64,000 nucleotides of DNA from Deltaproteobacteria bacterium (GTDB taxonomy: Bacteria > Myxococcota_A > UBA9160 > SMWR01), in assembly GCA_032128375.1 (NCBI GenBank), contig JAQBGU010000179.1, positions 60,511-124,510 on the forward strand, written 5' to 3'. Shown here piece by piece: positions 20,009-30,202 of the stretch (its first letter is position 1; each line of letters starts with the position of its first letter). Both the position numbers and the translations under genes were made by a program. A model generated the notes under the pieces. That model did no database searches, was not told the origin of the DNA, and was given only the letters and a program-made list of their open reading frames with translations.

Positions 20009-21049
20009 TCAGCTACTCGGCTGAGCGATCCATCGAAGGTCCGAGTCGATGAGTCCGTCAGCCATGAGCCTGGAGATGTGCTTGATGCGCAAATATCGAT
20101 CCCCCTCGAGATCCTGCTGCTCGAGGCCGATCCGACGATACGCCTCGAGGAGCTGGTCGACCCCTCGAGCCACGGTCCACTTTGGGTCGAAGCCGGGCAG
20201 TCGATCGACGATCTTTCCGAAATCTACCCGATAGCATCTTGGATCCGGCCCGGCTCCCGCTTCGTAAGTGAGCTGACTTCCGGCAACAGCGTCACGCACG
20301 ATTTGTGCAACTTCACTGATCCGATAGTTCTCCGTGTTGCGGCCGACGTTGAACGCCTCGTTGTGGATCGCCTCTCGAGGTGCAACGAGGACACGCTCGA
20401 AGGCATGACAGACGTCTTCGACGTGTACCAGGGGGCGCCAAGGCGTGCCATCACTCTTGAGATGCACCTGGCCCGTAGTCAGGGCCCAGCCCACCAGGTT
20501 GTTGACCACGAGGTCGCCCCGGAGTCGGGGAGATACACCATAGACGGTTGCGTTACGCATGTAGGTGGGACTGAAGTTGTCGTCGGCCAGCGCCTTCACA
20601 TCCGCCTCGACCATGACCTTCGACTCGGCATACGGAGTTACGGGGCTGAAGGCGGCGGTTTCGGCGAGCACCTCATCTGGACTCGCGGATCCGTAGACGC
20701 TGCACGATGAGGAATACAGAAAGCGTGAGACCCCGGCTTGCTTCGCGAGCTTCGCCAAGCGGACGGAGGCACGGTGGTTGATATCGTACGTGGATTCGGG
20801 GTTGAGATTCCCGAGCGGATCGTTCGATATGGCGGCGAGGTGAATCAGAGCGTCGAAGCCTTCGAGATCGTCGCGCCCGACATCGCGGATATCGAGCCGC
20901 AGGCAGGGAATCGGCGATTCGTAGTCGCCGAACGTACAGTTCTCGAAGAGATGGCTGTCGAGGCCTACCACTTCATGACCCGCGTCGAGCAGACACTGGC
21001 TCATCACAGCCCCAATGTATCCATCGTGCCCAGTCAGCATCACGCGCAT
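20009..21049 (-). CDS. NAD-dependent nucleotide-sugar epimerase/dehydratase
   Basis: TGHDGYIG, HLAAISNDP, SSCSVYG, YAESK. Confidence 0.9.
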   Translation of the reverse strand: MRVMLTGHDGYIGAVMSQCLLDAGHEVVGLDSHLFENCTFGDYESPIPCLRLDIRDVGRDDLEGFDALIHLAAISNDPLGNLNPESTYDINHRASVRLAKLAKQAGVSRFLYSSSCSVYGSASPDEVLAETAAFSPVTPYAESKVMVEADVKALADDNFSPTYMRNATVYGVSPRLRGDLVVNNLVGWALTTGQVHLKSDGTPWRPLVHVEDVCHAFERVLVAPREAIHNEAFNVGRNTENYRISEVAQIVRDAVAGSQLTYEAGAGPDPRCYRVDFGKIVDRLPGFDPKWTVARGVDQLLEAYRRIGLEQQDLEGDRYLRIKHISRLMADGLIDSDLRWIAQPSS

Positions 21050-21404
21050 TGTTGCTCCCTACCTGCGTACCATTGCCAGTCTGCCGCTTTGATCGGCCCC
21101 TCTTCGTCAGCAGGTGAGCGATCTTTCGAACTCGACCGAACCTGCACGATGACCGCGCCAGCGTTGAAATTCGGGGGCCAAGCTCACCCTATCCAGAGCC
21201 GAGTGCGCAACTGGAAGTTATCCCAAAAATGCGGATGTCGATCCGGAAGATCTTTCCACGGAACACCCATCCGAAGAATTCACGAGATCGCATTGTGCGG
21301 GGGGTAGGTCACCACAGCGAGGGAGTTCGAGCTCAGTGAATCGGACAATGACGTGAAGAAGATCACCCAGCGGCATTCATGAGATAGCTTGTACGCTAAA
21401 ATCA

Positions 21405-23711
21405 GTGCAGTTCAGAGCTCGCCCCAGCTGCGGGCATTCTTTCTCTCGGTTTTGGCGGTGGCCACAATCCGTGATACGCCTTCTGCTGCGATCCACGGCG
21501 ATCTTGTCTCTGCCGGTGATCACGCTGGTGGCCATCTGGTTCTCGGTGATCGACCACTACCACGTCTCGAACCGTGGGATCACCGATGACCTCGCGGAAC
21601 AGAGTCGCCGCGTACCGGAAGACGCACTGCTCGAGGAGCTGAACAGCTTCTATTTCATGGGAACACTCGACGCGCTGGACGCCTCTCGAACCCTGGAGGC
21701 GGCAACGAGGATCCTCCAACAGGGTGAGTTCGCAGTTCCGGGCTCGGACCCGCAGAAGGTGGGTCTGCCGTTCGATCCACGAGATCTCGACCGGGGGCCA
21801 GCCGTCTGGCAGCTGCAACAGGCAAGCCTCTTCGTACCGCGTCTGTTGGTCAAGGCCTACCGCGTGAGCGGGCGAGAGGAGTTCTTTCTCGCAGCCCGGG
21901 ATGTGATGCTCGCCTGGGCGGCCTATGAAGACCGCGCCTTGCTTCCCAAGGGGAGCCTCTGGAATGATCACGCCATTTCTGAGCGCGCGTTGGCTCTCGC
22001 GGACTTCTGGGCGGTCTACCGGAGCCATCCAAGCTACCAAGCCAACGCAGGCGCAGAGGTTCTCGCCTTTGCAGCACGCACCGGCAGCTTTCTGGTCGAT
22101 CCTTCGCAGTTCACCGTTTCGACGAACCACGGCGTGATGCAGAACCTCGCACTGTGGCATCTGGGTCTCGCTTTCCCTCTACTGCCCGAATCCGCACGTT
22201 ACCGACGAGTCGCAACCGAGAGGTTGCTGGAACAGATGGACTTCTTCCTCGATTCGGATGGAGTGATCCTCGAGCATTCGGCCGGATATCAGCTCGCCGG
22301 AGTGCAGTTCCTCGGCATGGCCTTCCGGTACATGTCTCTACAGGGAATTGACGTCCCGAGTGATTGGCAGAAAAGGTACGAACGGGCGCAAGACTTCCTC
22401 GAACAGTTGAGGCGCCCGGATGGGTCCCTTCCCATGTTTGGCGACACGAGCGATGGAGGGGATCCGAAGGGCCCGCCGGTCACGAAGCGCGACGCCGGGG
22501 GAGGATATGGGCCGCTCGCCAATCGCGCAGACTGGTCTGCTCCGCGGCCACGGAGCTGGTATCCCACGGCGGGATACTCCATCTGGTGGGACGGTGTGCA
22601 TGCCTGGCCAGACTCTCGGAACATCAGTCAAACCGTTGTCGCCTGGTCATACTTCCCGGGCCACGCACACAAGCACGCAGATGAAGGCAGTGTGCTGCTC
22701 TGGGCGAATGGCGAGACCTGGTGGACCAATGTCGGATACTGGCCCTATGGAACCGCGGGACGCGACGAATCCGAATCCTGGACAGGCTCCAACGCAACAC
22801 ATCTTTCGGGTGAGCCCTACCAGAGCGAGCGAGCGACGAGGGTGCTGGCTCGCGGCGCGGCGGAAGGTCTCACGATGATCGGTCTGGAGAGAACTGGACC
22901 GGGAGGATACACAGCACGTCGACAGATTGTTCATGTCGGGCAAACACTCTGGTTGGTGATCGATCAGACGTCGGGCGCCCCACAGAGCGAGAGCCAAACA
23001 GTCTGGACCACCTCCCAAGGGGTCGAGATACAAGACGGGCGTATCCCGGGTTCCTTCGAGCTCACGAGCGGAGCGACAGAAACTATGTTGACGAAGTTCA
23101 TCTTGAACTCGCCCGGAACGCGTATTCAGCGAGCCAGGGGCAGCAAGGCGAACTTCCTCGGCTGGCAGGTAGCGAGTGGCGTCCCCAGGCCGGCATCTGC
23201 AATCGTTGTCGAACAGCCCGCAGACGGCTCCTTCGCCGTGGCCGTCTGGTCACTGGACGACGGGCGGCCGGAGACGCGGAAGTTTACCTCGCCGCCATCC
23301 GTGGTCTCCTGGAAGGGGCCGGAACAGTGGACGATTGCATTGCCACTGGAGTCGGGATCGGTTCAGCTATCACGCGAATCAGACAGAGTTTCGCTGGCCG
23401 ACGCGGACGCCAAAGGCTCTAGTCAGCTCATCCTTTCAAGCCCTGGTCCAGTCGATGCCCAAAGAGCTGCGATTCGAGACGCCCATCTGAAGGCGTTGGT
23501 CACGTACCCAGGGTTCAGCGACCATATCGATTATCGTCTGAAAGCAACGTACATGTGCTGCCTCGTTCTGTTTCTACAGGAAGCTTTCTTGGCTGCGTAC
23601 CGAAGACATCCCAGAAGGCACTACACCCTTTTGAGGGGGCTCAGCCTGCTAGCTTGGGTGCCCCTGGGAATCTGGATCGTTTTGATCCGGACACCTCTGA
23701 TCACTTACTGA
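21405..23711 (+). CDS. Membrane-anchored heparinase II/III-like (alginate-lyase-fold) protein
   Basis: WNDH...R, NHGVMQ, DGVILEHS.GY, RPDG..PMFGD, H.HAD motifs; TM segments at both ends. Start uncertain. Confidence 0.8.
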   Translation: MQFRARPSCGHSFSRFWRWPQSVIRLLLRSTAILSLPVITLVAIWFSVIDHYHVSNRGITDDLAEQSRRVPEDALLEELNSFYFMGTLDALDASRTLEAATRILQQGEFAVPGSDPQKVGLPFDPRDLDRGPAVWQLQQASLFVPRLLVKAYRVSGREEFFLAARDVMLAWAAYEDRALLPKGSLWNDHAISERALALADFWAVYRSHPSYQANAGAEVLAFAARTGSFLVDPSQFTVSTNHGVMQNLALWHLGLAFPLLPESARYRRVATERLLEQMDFFLDSDGVILEHSAGYQLAGVQFLGMAFRYMSLQGIDVPSDWQKRYERAQDFLEQLRRPDGSLPMFGDTSDGGDPKGPPVTKRDAGGGYGPLANRADWSAPRPRSWYPTAGYSIWWDGVHAWPDSRNISQTVVAWSYFPGHAHKHADEGSVLLWANGETWWTNVGYWPYGTAGRDESESWTGSNATHLSGEPYQSERATRVLARGAAEGLTMIGLERTGPGGYTARRQIVHVGQTLWLVIDQTSGAPQSESQTVWTTSQGVEIQDGRIPGSFELTSGATETMLTKFILNSPGTRIQRARGSKANFLGWQVASGVPRPASAIVVEQPADGSFAVAVWSLDDGRPETRKFTSPPSVVSWKGPEQWTIALPLESGSVQLSRESDRVSLADADAKGSSQLILSSPGPVDAQRAAIRDAHLKALVTYPGFSDHIDYRLKATYMCCLVLFLQEAFLAAYRRHPRRHYTLLRGLSLLAWVPLGIWIVLIRTPLITY

Positions 23712-24496
23712 CCGAACCCGTGTTTCCGACTCCTCTGATACTCGATTGATGTTGTGCAGATCGCCGCTGTCAGCAACCAAACGCCGTAGGTCATCCAGAG
23801 TTCAGCCAGATCCGGGCCCCACCGGCAAAAGACGAGTACCGCAACGATCGCCGCTGCCGGCTGTACTGCGAGGACGGTCAAGCTGAACAACAGCGACCTT
23901 CGCAAGCCGCCGATCCATGACGGCCGCTCCCCTCGTAGAGACGAGTACCAGCCTAGTTCCGCAAGGACTATCGCCGTGACGATTCCCCCTTGAAAACTCT
24001 CCAGCTCCAGCCGTGTGTCACCCGACCGGACGAGCGGGCCGCTCACCGTGACATCGGCGCCGAGCATTGTGGCGACGCTTCCCGCACCGTGTGCGAGCAT
24101 TGACTCCGCCCACGGTGTCGTGATGGTGAAGAGGAAGTAGGGCGCTGGCACGACCCAGAAGCACAAAACCATCGGCAGTACAGGTGGGCGACCCAACATG
24201 AGGGCAACTCCTGTCGCGGCCAAGGGAAGTCCGATCTGAGCGATCGCCCAGGAGTCGGCCCCGATGCCCAAGAGTTGCAGGCCCATCGCAAGCGCAAGAA
24301 CGGCAGCGCCGACGCCAACACGGGGCACGACAGCCCGAAAAGCCGTTCCGGGTCGTAGGCAATTCGCGAGCAGGAGCGGCGCGATGATGACGTAGTGTGA
24401 CCAGGGAGAGCTTGCGACGAGTTCGATGCTGTGAGCAATCGTTGGCGACAAGGCCACCGCTGCAGCTACCCAGTAAACTAGCGGTGAGAGTTGCAT
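23705..24496 (-). CDS. Exosortase/archaeosortase-family membrane protein, catalytic residues apparently absent
   Basis: PW/YSH..I.P N-terminal motif, P...L...VP.P, 'ATMLG.DV...G..V.....LEL' region; about 8 TM segments. Confidence 0.7.
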   Translation of the reverse strand: MQLSPLVYWVAAAVALSPTIAHSIELVASSPWSHYVIIAPLLLANCLRPGTAFRAVVPRVGVGAAVLALAMGLQLLGIGADSWAIAQIGLPLAATGVALMLGRPPVLPMVLCFWVVPAPYFLFTITTPWAESMLAHGAGSVATMLGADVTVSGPLVRSGDTRLELESFQGGIVTAIVLAELGWYSSLRGERPSWIGGLRRSLLFSLTVLAVQPAAAIVAVLVFCRWGPDLAELWMTYGVWLLTAAICTTSIEYQRSRKHGFGQ

Positions 24497-24665
24497 TTGA
24501 GGTGGATGCTCCTGCGACTCCCGAGTGAGCCCTGCAAGGCTCCGAGGAGTACAGCAGACCGGGGCGCATAGTTGCAGCGGAAAAAGAAGCCGATGGCAGG
24601 AGAGGTCCTGATCAATATGGAGGTGAAATGCAGCAATATCTTGGACGAACGCTTCGTTTCTGGAT

Positions 24666-24826
24666 TCAGTAGTAGGCCGGGCCGCTCACTCGCGGGAATT
24701 CTAGACCTCGACGGATAAAATTCAACTTGGTCGGTCTCCACACAAGCGGAAAGAGATACACCAAATTGTATGATCGATTCGGGGTTCTTGGACTGCTTCC
24801 GAGCACGGCCATATTCGCGACTATAG
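24666..24826 (-). pseudogene. Truncated 5' copy of the 13229-14413 glycosyltransferase
   Basis: RSYNLVYLFPLVWRPTKLNFIRR vs RSYRLVYLFPLVWRPTKENFRRR; shared ctatag-N8-ATG upstream context. Confidence 0.85.
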
Positions 24827-25323
24827 AGTGTGCCACGCCGTCAGTCATCCGATCTCATCGAAACGAACCTTCCGTGCCGGCCCGGTCGTCACACAATTGC
24901 GTCGTTCTCGCAGGCTAGCTCAACTGGTCGAAGAATTTCGGGTACCTGGCTGGCGCCCTTCATCGGCGCTTCGAATCGCATTGTTCTGGCTATCGACTGG
25001 AAGCGCCGTCTCGCAGCAGGGATCGGCAACAAGCTGCGAAGACCCACCGGCAAGCGGAACGGGTGCACTTAACACGCAGAACATCAGATCGCCTTCGCTT
25101 GAGTCAGCCGGAGACGGGATCAAGACAGGAATCCGATGTTCTGATTGTATTCCCTTCTGGCATCAGATCGGATCCTTTCCCTTTCGGGGTACTGAGCCCT
25201 CAATTGGACCAGCGGCTTGATTTGTCCAGACTAGGCTGAAGGCTTACGATGATCTTGGTGAGTGCTGTTCTCAGGATACAGAACCCCCTAAATGCGTGCG
25301 TGGCGGGCAGGTAGTTTCCGAAC

Positions 25324-26730
25324 ATGGCATTCAACTCGATCGCGTTCGCGATTTTTCTCAGCGCGGTCGTTCCGCTCTATTTCGCGCTGGGCCATCGCCG
25401 GCAGAATCACATGCTGCTCGTCGCGAGCTATGTCTTCTACGGCAGTTGGGATTGGCGATTTCTCTCGCTGATTCTGGTGTCCACGCTGGTGAACTACCTC
25501 GTCGGGGGTGCGCTCAGGCACGCCTCAGATCGGCAGCGGCGTCTCCGCCTGGTGTCGTTCGCAATGGTGTCGAACCTCGGAATCCTGGGATTTTTCAAAT
25601 ACTTCAATTTCTTCGCCGATTCCCTTTCCGAGTTGATGTCGAGCCTGGGAGTCTCGACCAACTGGACTCTCTTCGAGATCGTCCTGCCTGTGGGCATCTC
25701 GTTCTACACCTTCCAGACGATGAGCTACACGATCGACGTATACCGAGGGCGCATGGAAGCGACGCGTTCGTTCTTCGATTTTGCGCTGTTCGTCGCGTTC
25801 TTCCCTCAACTCGTCGCGGGGCCCATCGAGCGAGCGAGAGATCTTCTGCCTTCGATCTCGAACCCGAGGCATCCGAGCCTGGAGCAGGCCACACGCGGCG
25901 CGTACCTGATTTTGTTCGGACTCTTCAAGAAGATCGTGATCGCGGACGGGTTGGCGCCCTCGGTGAACGCGATCTTCGGCGCCAGCGCGGGCCTCTCCGG
26001 GACGGACATCTGGCTCAGCTCGGTGCTCTTTGCGTTCCAGATCTACTGCGACTTCTCCGGTTACTCGGACATAGCGCGAGGAGTTTCCAAAATCCTCGGT
26101 TTCAACCTGCATCAGAATTTCAACCAGCCCTACTTCTCCAGCAGCCCTCGAGAATTCTGGCGCCGCTGGCACATGAGCCTTTCGAACTGGCTACGCGATT
26201 ATCTCTATATCTCGCTCGGGGGAAGCCAAAAGGGCGAAGGTCGCACCTATCGAAACCTGATCGTCACGATGATGCTCGGGGGCCTCTGGCACGGCGCGGC
26301 CTGGAACTTCGTTCTGTGGGGCCTGTATCAGGGATTTTTGCTCTGCGTACATCGCGCCTGGGCGCAGCGGTACCCTGCACGCGTGGGGTTGGGGAGACAG
26401 GCCCTGAAGATTGGGGTGCTTTTCCTCTTCACCTGTTATGGATGGATGCTGTTTCGTGCAGAAAGTTTCGCGCAGATCAGCGAGTTCACACGACTCATGC
26501 TTACGGACTATTCGCTGATCAATTTTCAGGCCAGCAGGCCGTCTCTTTCGACCCTTTTGGGCCTTCCCTTGTTGGTTCTGCTCGACACTCTCCATTACCT
26601 CGGAGATTCGCCTCGGTTCTACCGCGCTTGGCCTGCGGCCGCCCGCGGTCTGCTCTACGCGACACTCCTCGTTCTGATCTTCATGGGACTCACGAATGCC
26701 CCGGCCGAGTTCATCTATTTCCAATTCTGA
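25324..26730 (+). CDS. MBOAT O-acyltransferase (AlgI/PatA/DltB family)
   Basis: LPVGISFYTFQ, FFPQLVAGPI, DFSGYSDIA, FWRRWHMSLS, GLWHGA; C-terminus FIYFQF. Confidence 0.95.
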   Translation: MAFNSIAFAIFLSAVVPLYFALGHRRQNHMLLVASYVFYGSWDWRFLSLILVSTLVNYLVGGALRHASDRQRRLRLVSFAMVSNLGILGFFKYFNFFADSLSELMSSLGVSTNWTLFEIVLPVGISFYTFQTMSYTIDVYRGRMEATRSFFDFALFVAFFPQLVAGPIERARDLLPSISNPRHPSLEQATRGAYLILFGLFKKIVIADGLAPSVNAIFGASAGLSGTDIWLSSVLFAFQIYCDFSGYSDIARGVSKILGFNLHQNFNQPYFSSSPREFWRRWHMSLSNWLRDYLYISLGGSQKGEGRTYRNLIVTMMLGGLWHGAAWNFVLWGLYQGFLLCVHRAWAQRYPARVGLGRQALKIGVLFLFTCYGWMLFRAESFAQISEFTRLMLTDYSLINFQASRPSLSTLLGLPLLVLLDTLHYLGDSPRFYRAWPAAARGLLYATLLVLIFMGLTNAPAEFIYFQF

Positions 26731-27874
26731 TTCGACGGCTGATTCAGCGCGGAGCGGTCTGCGCAGCGCAGCCGTCGCCGCGGGCTGGGTCGTGTTCTGG
26801 CTCGCCGTGATCGACGCAATCGCCGGTTTGACATTCTCTCCCGCGAAGAGCGACGAACCGGGACTCGTCGGACAATTCGCCAGCTACTTCGAACGCGGAA
26901 TGTCCAGCGAGGCGAGACTTCGGCGCCGTGTTGACGATCCGACGGGTCGGTACAACGAGATGCTGGCCTCGGGATGGGTCGATCCAGAGCAATGGAGAAA
27001 CCAGAACTCTCGAGCCGGCGCTGGGCAAGAGCAGCTCGTCGCGTTCTACGGGAACTCACTGACGCGCCAGGTTGCGAGTGTGGTCGCGGAACAAAATCCC
27101 GACGTTGGGGTGCGCATGGTGTTCGGCCCGATCGCGCCGCCGAGCCACGCGTACGCGTGCTTTCTCGCAGATCGCGGCTTGCACGCTGCGGATGTCGTGG
27201 TGTTAGGTGTTTCCTCCAACACGGTGGCCGGCGTTCTCTCCATGACGCGTATTACGCAGTCGATCGTCGAGCCGCTTCCGTATACCTACACCCGCTACTT
27301 CGTCGAAGATGGCGACATAACCGCGGTGGAGCCAATGGTCTCGACTCTGGCAGAGCTCCGCGCAGCGCTGGCGGAGCCGGCGCAGTGGCAGCGTCACAGT
27401 ATGCAGCTCGCCGAGTTCGATGAGTTCTATTCGGCGAGACTGTTCAACGCAAGCGTCCTCGATCACTCGATGCTCGCGAAGCTCTTGCGGGCGGCCCTCG
27501 CAATTCGCCGGGAAAGGGAGGTAAGCGATCGCGTGAAGGGGCGTTCCGGCTTCCAAGAGGGTTCCGAAGCAACCCACGTCCTCCGGGCAATACTGCGCGA
27601 CTTCGGTTCCCGTGCGCGGAGTGATGGAAGACGGGCGCTTGTTTTGGTCATGAGCACGATTGGAGACGGTGACGGCCTCGATAAGCTGCTCCGCGAGTCG
27701 CTCGCGCAAGACGGGATCGAGGCCTTGTATTCGAATGACGTCTGTCCGTCGACCGATCGCGATACCTATCAGGACGACGGTCACTTCTCGCCTGATTGCG
27801 CGCGTGCCATTGCGGAAGAGCTGATACGCGGGCTCCGGATGCCGGAAGTCGCGGAGGCGAAGCACGAGGGCTGA
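26696..27874 (+). CDS. SGNH-like periplasmic O-acyltransferase partner (AlgJ/DltD-like)
   Basis: N-terminal TM; FYGNS and DGH motifs; start overlaps the MBOAT 3' end. Confidence 0.7.
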   Translation: MPRPSSSISNSDSTADSARSGLRSAAVAAGWVVFWLAVIDAIAGLTFSPAKSDEPGLVGQFASYFERGMSSEARLRRRVDDPTGRYNEMLASGWVDPEQWRNQNSRAGAGQEQLVAFYGNSLTRQVASVVAEQNPDVGVRMVFGPIAPPSHAYACFLADRGLHAADVVVLGVSSNTVAGVLSMTRITQSIVEPLPYTYTRYFVEDGDITAVEPMVSTLAELRAALAEPAQWQRHSMQLAEFDEFYSARLFNASVLDHSMLAKLLRAALAIRREREVSDRVKGRSGFQEGSEATHVLRAILRDFGSRARSDGRRALVLVMSTIGDGDGLDKLLRESLAQDGIEALYSNDVCPSTDRDTYQDDGHFSPDCARAIAEELIRGLRMPEVAEAKHEG

Positions 27875-28003
27875 TCAGCGGCGTGCGAGAGGGCAGAGAG
27901 GAGTCATTCGATCGCGTGGTACACAGCCGCAGCCGACAGCGGATGAACTTCGTCTTGCAGCGACGGGTAAGTCGCGACGAAAGCCGTAGCCAGGTGAAGC
28001 GCT

Positions 28004-29008
28004 TCAAACAGGCGGGGTCGTATCACCCGGCACCCGGCGATGAAATTCCGCTCTGGTACGGCTGATGTCGTCGTGAACTCCAATCCGCGAATACGCAGTC
28101 GGCTGATCGAGGCAACGCGCAAGCCCTGGTACGGTCGTCACAGCAGCGCGATAGCCGCACGTGAGCACGAGCCGCGCAAGCGCGTCGTTGAACGCGCCTG
28201 ATGGGTAGGCGAAGACGCCGGACCGACCGAGACCATGCTCCAATAGTGCGGTGCGCGAATCTCGGAGCTCCACTTCGGCATCCGCCAGATCTACTCCGGT
28301 AAGGATGGCGTGGCTCAAACCGTGAGATTCAAACTCGATCCCCGAAGCAGCCATGAGATCAATCTCGTCCCAGTCCAGGAGCTCGCGCTCGGCCGGAAGT
28401 ACACTTCCAGGTGCCATTTTGCGCAACTGTTCGAGTGCGCCCTCTCGCTCATCTTGCCTCAAGGCCTTGAAGTGGGAGAGTAGAGACGCAGGAACATCGA
28501 CCCGCGAAGGCAATCCGAACTGCCGCGCGATTTCAGCCCTAGCGTCTGAAGCAAGTGGGGAGAGGCTCCGCGATAGCTCGTCGGGCCAGAAGGCTCCGGG
28601 CGTACCGACCCGATCGATCACGACAAAGACTGCGGCGCTCAGGTTGTGTTGGCGCAGCGCCGGAAACGCATAGACGAAATTGTCGCGCCAGCCGTCGTCG
28701 AATGTGATCGAGCAAGCGCCCTTTGGGAGCGGTCGGTTTTGGGTGAGGTGATCGACCACCTCGGATAACGGCAATACCCTAAAAGACTTCTGCAGCCAAC
28801 CCAGGTGCCGAGCGAACGTCTCCGGGGTGACATACATTCCGGGCTCTACCCACAGGCGTGCGGCTTCGTCGATGGGTAGAACACGATGGTACGTCAGGAT
28901 GACTGCGCAGCTTCCGTCGAGACGTTCACGCTGGTGCGCGTGGAGTCCCGACACCTCGAAGATGCTGGCGCGAAGCCAGCGGGCAAGACTTGCGCCGGGA
29001 ACGTTCAC
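28004..29008 (-). CDS. Polysaccharide deacetylase (CE4)
   Basis: LTYHRV, ITFDDG, FESHGLSH, FAYPSG. Start tentatively the GTG at 29008. Confidence 0.88.
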   Translation of the reverse strand: MNVPGASLARWLRASIFEVSGLHAHQRERLDGSCAVILTYHRVLPIDEAARLWVEPGMYVTPETFARHLGWLQKSFRVLPLSEVVDHLTQNRPLPKGACSITFDDGWRDNFVYAFPALRQHNLSAAVFVVIDRVGTPGAFWPDELSRSLSPLASDARAEIARQFGLPSRVDVPASLLSHFKALRQDEREGALEQLRKMAPGSVLPAERELLDWDEIDLMAASGIEFESHGLSHAILTGVDLADAEVELRDSRTALLEHGLGRSGVFAYPSGAFNDALARLVLTCGYRAAVTTVPGLARCLDQPTAYSRIGVHDDISRTRAEFHRRVPGDTTPPV

Positions 29009-29087
29009 GCTTCGGCACCTCGTGTGGCCGACAAGAACGGGCCAACAAGAAGCGCCCACAGGCCGACACACCGATGGAAACTTCCCC

Positions 29088-30161
29088 ATGACACCGATCA
29101 AGGTCGTGCATCTGATTTCCGCGGATCTCTGGGCGGGCGCAGAGGTTTCAACTTATCACGCTGTGTGCGCGCTCGCCAGACGAGCCGACGTGCAGGTATC
29201 GGTCGTCGCACTCAACGAAGGCGAGTTTTGCACGCGAATCCGGGATGCCGGCATCGTTCTCCATGTTGTGCCAGAAATCGAGAGTTCATTCCTCGATCTC
29301 ATTCGCGAGATCAGACGAGTCGTCGCGGGATGCGACATCGTTCACGCACATCGTTACAAGGAAAATCTGCTGGCGGCATTCTGCGGCCGCCCATGGGTTT
29401 GTACCCAGCACGGTCGGCCAGAGTCCTTTCGAGGGCGCGCCAGGATTCGAGCTGCTGTCTCTGCCCGTCTGGATCAGCTCGCGAAGGTTCGATCTGCGCG
29501 TCGAACGATCGCGGTATCGAGCGAGATCGAGGCATGGCTTCTCGACTTCATCGACCGCAAGCGCGTTGCGCTGGTGTGGAACGGAATTGCGGATCCCGCT
29601 CCCGACGGGGTGCTCCGCCCGTGGAACGAGCGTCCCCTCCGAGTGGGTATTCTGGGGCGACTCGCCCCCGTCAAGCGTTTCGAACTCGCACTCGCCGCAG
29701 TCGCTCGCTGCCCCGGGCTCCAGCTCGATGTCGTGGGCGACGGCCCGGAACGCGCCTTTCTCGAGGATCAGTCGCGACGGCTCGACGTAGGCGATCGCGT
29801 CAAATTCCTCGGGCACCTTCCCGATCCATCCGAATGGGTGGCGAACTGGCGTGCGTTGCTCGTCACAAGCCTGCACGAAGGGAACCCCATGAGCGTGCTC
29901 GAGGCTCTGGCGCTCGGCACTCCGGTAATCTGTGGACGCCTCCCGGGTGTCGAGGAAGTACTCGCTGGGAGCGCCGGTTGGGTGGTCGATGAACCCAGCG
30001 ACGCAGCCGCGTGGGGACGCGTACTCGTGGCTGCTGCAGGCAATGAAAAGGACGGCAACCGGGCTTCCCAGCAAGCCCGCGATCGCTTCCTGAGCGCTTT
30101 CACATCCGAGCGGTGTGCGACCCAGTTGGTTTCGGTCTATCGTGAAGCTCTGAAGATGTGA
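29088..30161 (+). CDS. GT4 glycosyltransferase
   Basis: HLISADLWAGAE, GRLAPVK, S.HEG.PMSVLEALA. Start moved to the ATG at 29088. Confidence 0.9.
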   Translation: MTPIKVVHLISADLWAGAEVSTYHAVCALARRADVQVSVVALNEGEFCTRIRDAGIVLHVVPEIESSFLDLIREIRRVVAGCDIVHAHRYKENLLAAFCGRPWVCTQHGRPESFRGRARIRAAVSARLDQLAKVRSARRTIAVSSEIEAWLLDFIDRKRVALVWNGIADPAPDGVLRPWNERPLRVGILGRLAPVKRFELALAAVARCPGLQLDVVGDGPERAFLEDQSRRLDVGDRVKFLGHLPDPSEWVANWRALLVTSLHEGNPMSVLEALALGTPVICGRLPGVEEVLAGSAGWVVDEPSDAAAWGRVLVAAAGNEKDGNRASQQARDRFLSAFTSERCATQLVSVYREALKM

Positions 30162-30202
30162 GCCACCTGCGAATCCATTCCCGCCGCGGTGCCCGCCTGG
30201 GA

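Noticed and set aside
25296..26810. 504-aa alternative-frame ORF
   Set aside because: Overlaps the clear MBOAT gene; Arg-rich composition typical of an off-frame reading.
28827..29101. Overlap of deacetylase and GT ORFs
   Set aside because: Artefact of longest-ORF starts; resolved with starts near 29008 and 29088.
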